This document shows positions 37,780 to 47,228 of a stretch of 64,000 nucleotides of DNA, piece by piece. The position numbers were made by a program, and so were the translations under genes. Positions within the stretch are counted from its first letter, which is position 1. Each line of letters opens with the position of its first letter. Source of the stretch: Squalus acanthias (lineage: Eukaryota); contig CM059431.1 of the NCBI GenBank assembly GCA_030390025.1, forward strand, positions 119,290,001 to 119,354,000. Direction: 5' to 3'. The notes under the pieces were generated by a model, which had not been told where the DNA came from, did no database searches, and was given only the letters and a program-made list of their open reading frames with translations.

Positions 37780-38796
37780 CTAAATTCTGCGAAGGCTGCC
37801 ACGTGCTTTTCCCAGTGGCGGGGGGGCACTGACCCCTTCCTTTGATCTGCCGCAGCCTGTCGTCGCTGCGCTGGGACTGGGATCTCCCTGGGCTGCCTTG
37901 AACTTACGCCTGGGGGTGTACGAGGGATTTGACCACAACTTCCTGGGCTGGGGTGTCCGACTTGACCTACGGAGGGCTACCTTGGGCAAGATTTCCAGGA
38001 CCGACGGACCGGGAACCGAGACTTCCACCGTCACGGCCTGTGGTCCCACCACAGCTGCCGGCTCTGTCTCCCCTGGCTCCGCCCCCCTGGGCTCGGGATC
38101 TGCGGTTTCCGACTCCACCTTACTTGCTTCCCCAGTAAGTGGAACTCCACTCGCAATCCCTATCTCCCCTATGCTTGGGTCGAGGGCGGAACCTCCGTCC
38201 TCCGACCCCACCACCTCTCCGACCGGGTCACTACCTTGGTTGAGCTCTCCGAGCTCTTCCTCATCTGAATCCCATGACCAAGAAAAGATCCTACACTTTT
38301 CCAAAATGTCTTCTCCCCTCACGCAAGCTGCTTTACCGGCCTGTGTGCCCTGCGGTTCTACCCGGGGCTGAGAGTCCCCACTCGCAGGTCTGGCCCCTCC
38401 CCTAATACAGGCCACCGCCCCTGCTTGTGCATTCTGTGTAATCTCGCCTGCTGGAGGCTGAAGATTTCTATTCTGTTTTAGTTTGGGCAACTCTGCTACC
38501 ATGGCTTGCAACTGCGGGGTGGTGAATTCCCCCGGGGTTGTTGAGCAAACCATCCCTCTGGCTTTGGATAGGGCTTGGGTCAGACCTTTTATCCTTTCCT
38601 CACAGGGCCCATGGTTTAAAACCTCATACTCCCTGCTCCTGGCTACCATGTAGGCTGCCTTTATGTCTCTAAACTGCCCTTCTAGCCCATCTACTTTCCC
38701 CATTAAACGGGCGTTCTCCTCCCGCAAGGCCTGCTCTTTTAACCTGGCCTCCTTACAGGAGGCCCCCTCCTGTGTGTGTCTTTCAAGGGGACACAT
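37780..38796 (-). CDS. ORF2 (338 aa): truncated Gag paralog (coiled coil + first capsid-like helix) with an acidic/Pro-rich then basic tail; in frame with gag
   Basis: aa16-84 align without gaps to Gag aa122-190 (24/69 identical). QLQAMVAELPKL resembles Gag QLRAMINHVRKL. The ORF is uninterrupted. Confidence 0.75.
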   Translation of the reverse strand: MCPLERHTQEGASCKEARLKEQALREENARLMGKVDGLEGQFRDIKAAYMVARSREYEVLNHGPCEERIKGLTQALSKARGMVCSTTPGEFTTPQLQAMVAELPKLKQNRNLQPPAGEITQNAQAGAVACIRGGARPASGDSQPRVEPQGTQAGKAACVRGEDILEKCRIFSWSWDSDEEELGELNQGSDPVGEVVGSEDGGSALDPSIGEIGIASGVPLTGEASKVESETADPEPRGAEPGETEPAAVVGPQAVTVEVSVPGPSVLEILPKVALRRSSRTPQPRKLWSNPSYTPRRKFKAAQGDPSPSAATTGCGRSKEGVSAPPPLGKARGSLRRI

Positions 38797-38820
38797 GTAG
38801 GCAGGCTGCGCTAGTTCCAG

Positions 38821-40551
38821 TCAGAAGTCTGGGTTGTATGGGGCTGTTGCTACCTTCCCGTGTGAGGTCATAAGAGACCGCATGGCTCCTAACATCGACT
38901 CGATCGCGTCGGGATGGATAGGCACACCAGCTCCTCTCTCAGAGACAGGCGTTTGGGCTCGGACTGTGCGAGCTTTGTCCCTGGAGTCCTTCCAGGGATT
39001 CCTGTAGTTTTTACGCCAGTGACCTGTCTTCCCACACCCGTAACAAACACCACTGGTTTGTGGGGCGCGATTTCCCTCCTGATGCCACTCTTTCTGAGCC
39101 GGAGCTGCAGGCTTTGCTTCATGCACCTTTCCCTTAAGGGGACGCGCTCCCGTGCTCCTAGTGTTCCGATACCCTATGGTGAGTCGATTTAGGACAGACT
39201 CCTCCGTTGTGGCGGCGTTAGTGGGATCAAACCATGCTCTGGCCTGCTCCCTGATGGCTGGCAAGCTGTTGGCTACTAGACACCTGAGCCAATGAGCTTT
39301 CCCGGCGCCGTTAAGATAGGCGCGCGCTGGCGCACCTGGGCAGCTACGCTGGTAGACTGGCCACAGCCCGTCGGCGAAAACCTTCGGGGGTTCTCCCTCC
39401 ATCTTTATGGTTTGACTCAATCTGACGAACGGACCTTCGTCATCCGCCCCTAAAACTTCTAGGACCTCGTCCCGTAACTCCTCATAGGTTTTATTTCCCT
39501 TCTTGCTCTCGTCTGAGAGACACTGAAGGATCGAGCTATCTAACGAGAACAGCAACATTTTGGTCTTTTCCTCATCGTCGCAGCCATTAATTGCTGCGGT
39601 CTGTTCTACTTCCCTAAAATGTACGGAAGGGTCGTCTGACTCGGACAGTTTCCGTACATGGTTAATCATTGCTCTCAGCTGGTGTGAGCTGTGGGGCAAT
39701 ACAAGCTGGTTCAGGACATCCCCGTCATCCCCATTGGCTGCATTCGGGCCTCTCTTGTGACCTCGGAGCGGACACATCGGTCCCGGTCCCGACTCTACCT
39801 CCAGGGACTGTCCTACCTGGGGCACCTCCTTCTCTATTTCCACCACTTCCTCCCTTACCCAGGTTGCCGAATAGCTGGGTGGCGCGGAGGGCACAGTGGC
39901 AAATACCTCTTCTGCTTTGTCTGGTAGGGATTTTGGGAATTCCCTACCCACCTGTGGCTGGTTTGCTGACGGGCTGATGAGGCACACCAAGCCGTTTGCC
40001 TTATTCAGGGCCTCTCTTAGGTTCCCTATCTCCTTCTGGCAAACACTGTGGTCGGCTCCCTCATGCCTATCCTCGAGGGCCATCTTGTATGTCGCCCTAA
40101 CTCCCTTCAAGCTTTCTTCCTGGGCTTTTATCTGGTTAGCAAGGCGGACACACCGTTCTCTAATCCTACCCTCGTTTAATTTCGCTTCCGTGACCTGACA
40201 TTCTAAGTAATCAATTTTAGCCTCATGGTGGTTGGCTACTATTTGGCGTTCCTGATGTAATGCATTAAATGATACAATGAGTTTTTGTCCTCCCGTGATC
40301 TTTTCCTCCATCTCAACTTCCAGTTCCCTGATCTGAGCTGCCTGTGCCACAATGACCTGGTCCGAAAGTTGGACTTGCTTCTTGTAGCACATCAGCCAGT
40401 CCGCTTTCTCTACCGACTTCTTATGCTCTTTACTGCCTGTCCATTTGATGGCGGCGTCTAGCGGACGCTTATCCATCAGTAGGTCACTTATCCACCTTTT
40501 GGTTAAGTTAACCTTCCCAAACACATCGTCAGCTACCCTCTGATCCATCAC
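38821..40551 (-). CDS. gag: Gag-like protein (576 aa)
   Basis: First ORF after the PBS. N-terminal coiled coil, PSAPPSY late domain, helical capsid-like region (DPSVHFREVEQTAAINGC.., EGEPPKVFADGL), and zinc knuckle CYGCGKTGHWRKNY with the last C replaced by Y (TAC). Confidence 0.88.
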   Translation of the reverse strand: MMDQRVADDVFGKVNLTKRWISDLLMDKRPLDAAIKWTGSKEHKKSVEKADWLMCYKKQVQLSDQVIVAQAAQIRELEVEMEEKITGGQKLIVSFNALHQERQIVANHHEAKIDYLECQVTEAKLNEGRIRERCVRLANQIKAQEESLKGVRATYKMALEDRHEGADHSVCQKEIGNLREALNKANGLVCLISPSANQPQVGREFPKSLPDKAEEVFATVPSAPPSYSATWVREEVVEIEKEVPQVGQSLEVESGPGPMCPLRGHKRGPNAANGDDGDVLNQLVLPHSSHQLRAMINHVRKLSESDDPSVHFREVEQTAAINGCDDEEKTKMLLFSLDSSILQCLSDESKKGNKTYEELRDEVLEVLGADDEGPFVRLSQTIKMEGEPPKVFADGLWPVYQRSCPGAPARAYLNGAGKAHWLRCLVANSLPAIREQARAWFDPTNAATTEESVLNRLTIGYRNTRSTGARPLKGKVHEAKPAAPAQKEWHQEGNRAPQTSGVCYGCGKTGHWRKNYRNPWKDSRDKARTVRAQTPVSERGAGVPIHPDAIESMLGAMRSLMTSHGKVATAPYNPDF

Positions 40552-40600
40552 ATTTCGCCTATTGAAACCAGGTCTAAAACATTACTCTCCTGCTGCCAAT

Positions 40601-40618
40601 GTCCTGCTGCGGTCGCCA
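40601..40618 (-). promoter_or_regulatory. Primer-binding site, tRNA-Arg
   Basis: Minus strand TGGCGACCGCAGCAGGAC, 5 nt after the 5' LTR. From memory it matches 17/18 the complement of the vertebrate tRNA-Arg(TCG) 3' end (TGGCGACCGCGGCAGGAC). Confidence 0.8.
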
Positions 40619-40623
40619 TTTTC

Positions 40624-42270
40624 TGTAAGGGTCCCGTGTCTCAGACGGTGCCGGTGCGAGGTTAGGCCTTCGTTGCCTAATACTATTGCTTGCTCTGGTC
40701 TCCGACCAGCCTTTTTGCAATAAGCACCTGTGAGTGGTTCGACCACTCGCCCTTACGGTTCTAACACTGGACTTCGGTGCAGGGAGCAGTAATGCAGAGA
40801 AAACTCAAATAGACCCGGTTGAATAGTACGAATTGGAAATCTTTATTGCATAGCATCCAAGATCATGAGTACATGTCATAGGCGCAAATTAACGAGAGTA
40901 CAAGTATACATACATTCATAAAGCTTGGTCTATGGAAATGAAGAACGCACGGCACATTGTAAAAAGGGGAACACATTATACTTTAACCTTAATAAAACCA
41001 CCCTCCCTTAACAATACCTACACTACATCTAGATTTGTAGGATTCGAAAACATGCTCACCACTCGTGTTACTTCGGAGAATTTTAAAGTGAGGCACTCAG
41101 CTCGTTTCGCTGCAGCGCCTGACTGTCACGTGTTTGGAAGGGTCTCTGTACCCCACTTGTTTATTTTCGCTGCTGCGACAAGCAGGCCAGACTCCCTGTT
41201 GTCATGAAGAACTCGACGGACCTCGGACACAGTTCAAAGAAGAGTCTTCCTGTGCTCGACACCGGTTGTCGGTAGATTTCAATGAAGAGTTCTTTATTAT
41301 ATTTTCGGGCGCGGTCGGGGTTTACTGACTGTGGCGGCACGTGAATTCTTCTTCTTTTCTTGTCGTCTCGTCTCGTCTCTTCGGGCCTCCGGGTCCAGAC
41401 ACCGTTTACCGACACTCGGGATGGTGCACCCGGTCACTTGCCCTTGTCGGGGCGGCTCGTTCCGATTGAGCTCCACCCAACATTCGAATAACCGACCAGT
41501 ACGGCTAAAAGTCAAGAGTCAACAAAGTCCAGAGAAACACAGAAGGCTGCTCGTCCAGCAGAGCGATGCTCGAGGTTAAGAATAAGAGTTCAGCAGTTAG
41601 CAGCGAGATAAGAGAGTCAAGAGACCAATGGACATTTGCTCACTATAGTTATAGTGCTGTGTCCGCTTATCTCCCACCCAAATCTTAATGTTTGTCTTTT
41701 GTGTAATATTGGCGCTCAAAACTCCCAGCATGGGGCGATTCTTCTCTTTAACGGGTTTCGGTAGCACCTCAAACTGGCCAACTACCAGTTAATGTTTTCC
41801 CCATTGTTGACCCAGCCAGGATTGTATGAATCGTCTCCCTGACTGGTTTTGGGGGCCCCCGAATACTTGCTTAATCACCCGTCAATGTCTCTCTCATTGT
41901 AAAGCCGGGGGGGGGCATTTGTGTATTGATGTGTCTGGATGGGCCTTCGATTGCCCAGTACAATGGTCCTTACTTGTGCATGGAAAACGATTCCAGCACT
42001 TATATCTTTGCTATTGTTCCAAATGCAAATGGGTTGCATCCTGTCTTTATCAGTGTTTATCGAGTATGATCCAATCTTATATTGAATGTTTATTCGACGA
42101 CATCTTGTCTGCCCACTGTATTTCTGGAAGCTTCTGCCACGATGCGCGGCAGCCATTTTACAGGCTTCTGCGTCCTTTATAATCATGACAGCATTTCGTT
42201 TAATAAAACTGATCAAACAAATCTGCTTCTCTCTAGTTATTTCGAATCGCGATAATTGCGAAACTTTACG
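40624..42270 (-). repeat. 5' LTR of the pol-less element
   Basis: Plus strand tgtaagggtccc...aaactttacg (terminal CA mutated to CG), followed by the TSD GTAT. Confidence 0.95.
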
Positions 42271-43599
42271 GTATTGCAATGACTTTAATAACACTGCCAA
42301 ATCACTCATGTACTGCCCCATTTGCCATGGAGCAGACAACAGGGTTGGGAAAATGGCAGGACAAACATCCTGTTATCCTGTTTGTTGGCACCCTCTGCTG
42401 TTTAGATTATCGAGACTGATGAAAATAGGCTTATTTGGCTAACTGGATGAATTCAGATCTGCAACTTCTAAATTGCTCATTTCTGGTGTACTGTGAATCA
42501 CACAGTTAGAGGGGGAGGGTGGGGGTGTGGAGATTTCCATTGATCACTATGTGTAACAAAAACTGTGAACCTATTTTCTCTAAAGAGGTTTATAATTTTG
42601 TTACCAGTAATGCGCAGAGGAAATGTTTCCCCAATGTTGGGATGCTGTTACCTTGGTAACTGCATATATTATTCCAGATTGATATCATGCTTGTTCTAAA
42701 CCCAGCAACTTTATGAAGTGTGACAGCCCTTAAAGTAAATAACTTACAGTTAACTATAATGTAGGTTTCTGCGTTATGACGAATAGCTACTGGTACCTTT
42801 TTGTGAGTCCGTTCATATTTGTTTGTGCTGTATATTCAAAACTCATTACTAAAAACTCATGACGACGGATATATATATTTTTTTAAATGGATTAAGTGGT
42901 TCTAATCAGCGTTGCATCTTATTGATGTGTGAGATTCCCTGTTGACTATTATGCAGCTTCAGGCAAGAGTAGAAAAGTAATTAGATATAATATGTACTGA
43001 CAGTAGGGAGATATGTCTACGCTTGCCAGATCCTTTCCCTTATTACCACACATAAGCTAGATAGAGGCAGCCTGAGAACAGATCTTTAATGCAGAGTTCT
43101 TCCTGTTCTGGCATCATAAAGTTATGCTCCAATGATATTTTGAGTGGGAACAGAAGATGATTTCTCATTAATGATGCTGGAGCTAAATTCAATTTCATAT
43201 TGGTCATTAAATGCATTCAAATGGTGTTGTGTAGTGAAAATCTAAACTACAGTATCTGCATTGTAATGCATTCTACTAGAGCAATGGCATATCCTTTGTA
43301 CTGGAGATCCTTTATCTTTATGTTTTGCTACATAACTAAAGAATACAAAATTGAGCAATGGTGGGATATAACGCTTATTCTATGAGTGAGGAATACCTTC
43401 TCCACGTTTGTCAGTTACCAACGTTAAAGATTATTTTTTCAACAATTGGTACAACTTAACCTGTTAAAGCTAAAATTTTAACACGCTCAAGAAAAAAATA
43501 AAAAGCAAAATATCACTGCAACCTCAGACTACCATGAAATCAGAAAAAATACTTTAAAGGGTAAACTTTGCTTCTGGTATGGAGACTGGCTTGATGGAA

Positions 43600-45950
43600 A
43601 CACAGCATTACCATCGCCGAATCCCCCACCATCAACATCCTGGGGCTCACCATTGACCAGAAACTTAACTGGACCAGCCACATAAATACTGTGGCAACAA
43701 GAGCAGGTCAGAGGCTAGGTATTCTGCGGCGAGTGTCTCACCTCCTGACTCCCCAAAGCCTTTCTACCATCTACAAGGCACAAGTAAGGAGTGTGATGGA
43801 ATACTCTCCACTTGCCTGGATGAGTGTAGCTCCAACAACACTCAAGAAGCTCGACACCATCCAGGACAAAGCAGCCCGCTTGATTGGTGTAAGGGGGACG
43901 TGTCTCAGACGGTGCTGGTGCGAGGTTAGGCCTTCGTTGCCTATACTATTGCTTGCTCTGGTCTCCGGCCAGCCTTTTTGCAATAAGCACCTGTGAGTGG
44001 TTCGACCCACTCGCCCTTACGGTTCTAACACCTGGACTTAGATGCAAGGGTAAGTAATGCAGAGAAAACTCAAATAGACCCGGTTGAATAGCACGAAATG
44101 AAAATCTTTATTGCATGGCGTCTAAAATCATGAAATACATGTAATAGACGCAAATCAAAGAGAGTACAAGTATACACACGTTCATAAAGCTTGGTCTATG
44201 GAAATGGAGAACACACGGCACATCGTAAAAAGTGGAACACATTATACCTTAACCTTATAAAAAACCACCCTCCCTTAACAATACCTAAACTACATCTGGA
44301 TTTGTAGGATCGGAAATCATGCTCACCACTCGGCTTACTTCGGAGATTTTAAAGTGAGGCACTCAGCTCGTTTCGCTGCAGCGCCTGACTGTCACGTGTT
44401 TGGAAGGGTTTCTGCACCCCACTTGTTTACTTTCGCTGCTGCGACAAGCAGGCCAGACTCCCTGTTGTCATGAAGCAGTCGATGGACTCAAGCCATCTTA
44501 GAATTCAAAGAAGGATCTTCCTGTGTTGCAGTACATGTAGAAGTCGGTAGAACTCAAAGGAAAGTTCTTTTAGTTATATTTTCGGGCAGTGGTCGGGGTT
44601 TACTGACCGTGGCGGCACGTGGAATTTCTTCTCGTCTTCTTCTCTTCTCGTCTCCTCGGGCCTCCGGGTCCAGATACCGTTTACCGACACTCGGGATGGT
44701 GTGCCCTGTTACTTGCCCTTGTCGAGGCGGCTCGTTCCGATTGAGCTCCACCCAACACTCGAATAACCGACCAGTACGGCTAAAAGTCAAGAGTCAACAG
44801 AGTCCAGAGAATCAAATGACCAAAAGTCCAGCCCCAAGGAACAGCTTCAGCAAGGGTCACCAGAGAGATAAGAGTTCAGCAAGTGAATAAGAGAGTGATG
44901 GACATTTGTCCTCTATAGCTATACTGTTGTGTCCGCTTTATCTCCCGCTCAAATCTAAATGTTTATCCTTTGTGTGATTTTGGCGCTTAAAACTCCCAGC
45001 ATGGGGCGATTATCTTCTTAACGGGTTTTGGTAGCACTTGAAACTGGCCAACTATCTGTTAATGTTTTCCCCATTGTAGAGCCAGCCAGGATGTGTATGA
45101 ATCGTCTCCTCGACTGGTTTTGGGGCCCCCCGAATACTGGCTTAATCACCCGCCAATGTCTCTCTCATTGTTGAGCCGGGGGGGTATTTGTGTATTGATG
45201 TGTCTGGATGGGCCTTCGATTGCCCAGTTCAATGATCCTTACTGTGCATAGGAAAACGATTCCAGCACTTATATCATTGCTATTGTTTAGAATGCAAACG
45301 GGTTGCATCCTGTCTTTATCAATGTGTACCGAGTATGATCCAATCTCATACTGAATGTATATTCGACGCCATCTTGTCTGCCCACTGTATCTCTGGAAGC
45401 TTCTGCCACGATGCGCGGCGGCCATTTGGCAGTCTTCTGTGTCCTTTAATATTAGAACAGCATTTCGTTTAATAAAAATGATCAATTGAATCTGCTTCTC
45501 TCATGTTATTTTGAATCGCGATAATTGCGAAACTCTACAGTAGCACCCCCTCTACCACCTTAAACATTCACTCACTCCACCACCGGTGTAACGTGGCTGC
45601 AGTGTGTACCATCTATAAAATGCACTGCAGCAACTTGCCAAGGCTTCTTCGGCAGCACCTCCTAAACCCGCGACCTCTTCCATCTAGAAGGACAAGGGCA
45701 GCAGACTTATGGGAACACCACCACCTCCAAGTTCCCCTCCAAGTCACACATCATTCTGACTTAGAAGTATATCGCTGATCCTTCATCGTCGCTGGGTCCA
45801 AATCCTGGAACTCCCTCCCTAACAGCACTGTGGAAATACCTTCACCACACAGACTGCAGCGGTTCAAGAAGGCGGCTCACCACCACCTTCTCAAGGGCAA
45901 TTAGGGATGGGCAATAAAGGCTGGCCTTGCCAGCGATGCTCACATCCCAT
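43600..45950 (+). mobile_element. Non-LTR LINE 3' fragment (CR1/L2 group) split by the solo LTR
   Basis: ORF2 C-terminus (AGQRLGILRR...IYKAQVRSVMEYSPLAW...IQDKAARLIG) stops at 43887 and resumes at ~45544 (TPSTTLNIHSLHHR...) into the 3'UTR. Confidence 0.85.
43888..45539 (-). mobile_element. Solo LTR of the same family as 33110-42270, older subfamily
   Basis: tgtaagggggacgtgtctcag...aaactctaca, colinear with the proviral LTRs but visibly more diverged. The 4-bp flanks TTGG / GTAG look like a decayed TSD. Confidence 0.92.
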
Positions 45951-47228
45951 AAAAACAAATTTAAAGAAAGATTGGAGAACTGAGTGCTCAGATCAGAACG
46001 TCTGATTATCTAATGGTTTATCAGTAGTGGAGCCTTGCAAAATATACCCTTTAATCATAGAATCAGTAGAATCTTACAACACAGAAGGAGGCCATTCGGC
46101 CCATCATGCCTATGCCGGTTATTTGAAAGAGCTGCCCAATTTAATCCCACACCCCAGCTTTTTCCTCATAACACTGCAAATTAGTCCTCTTCAAGCACAT
46201 GTTCCTTTCTGTTACTTCAATGGATAAGAAAATCAGGCAGGGTGTATAACGGGCCAACCTGCTCTTGGCAGTTTACCATCGAACGATAAAAGTTAAAATC
46301 CACACCAGGAAATAAACGTTTCAAGGGAAGGGTCCACACCCATAATATCAACTCTCTCCACAGGTGCTGACTGACCTGCTGCATATTTCCAGCTTTTCTG
46401 TTTCAGGTTTCTGGTATTTTGATTTTCACTTGCTTTATTTATATCCTTTAATGTTGCTGTGTGATTGAAAAAACTGCAAAGCTGCAGGTTTTCTGATATA
46501 AAGTGAGATGATTGCCATGTAGTAGCTTATTTCATGTTTTATTTAAAGTTTGGCTGACTAAATTAAGCACGTGAAAAGATTTTAGTATTGATAAAACTAG
46601 TATTGAGTTTTTAATAATGCATTGCACTCCTTTCATTTTCTTCTTAGCAATGAACAAGAGGAGCGTTATGGGAAAATACAAAGGTTAACTCGGAGTCAAT
46701 AAATGTCATTTAAGCCAATTATTTTTTAGCACTTTTTCATATCTTCATATGAATGTTTTATTTTGGAAGCTTAAATTCAGGGTCAACCTGTAATCATTGA
46801 ATAAATTCAGAAATACAAAACTGGTAAAGTATCAGCCCTTGTAATGAGACACTTCCTCATGAGTGCTAAATCTGTGTCCGAACTTTGTACACCCGATAAT
46901 GTATTTTAACTTCTTCTACATGCGTTTGCACCCAGACCTCTCAACTGCATTTAATTTCCAATACTTTAAGCCATTCTTGTGGCCTTCCTGAATGATCCTG
47001 TCAATTGGATACAAATTAATGCTGTATTATTGGCAGTTCGGCATTGCTGACTTGTGCCTGTTATATCGACTCTTACAGCCATCAGACAGAGAAGATTTGC
47101 ATCTCATCAGTCTGAGCTGGTCCCAGAAGTGCTTAGTCAATGTTCCACAAACCTGCATCGAGTCTCCCTTCAAATGTTTGTTGGTGATAACTAAAGCTCA
47201 ACTGGTCATTATTAAAATAAAAATCTTA

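Larger units (their letters stand above)
33110..42270 (-). mobile_element. Complete pol-less retrovirus-like LTR element (gag + gag-paralog ORF + Ig/F-like env)
   Basis: Two ~1.65-kb direct LTRs, TSD GTAT (33106-33109, 42271-42274), PBS and PPT in the correct minus-strand positions, and three minus-strand ORFs. No protease, RT, RNase H or integrase motifs in any listed frame. Confidence 0.93.
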
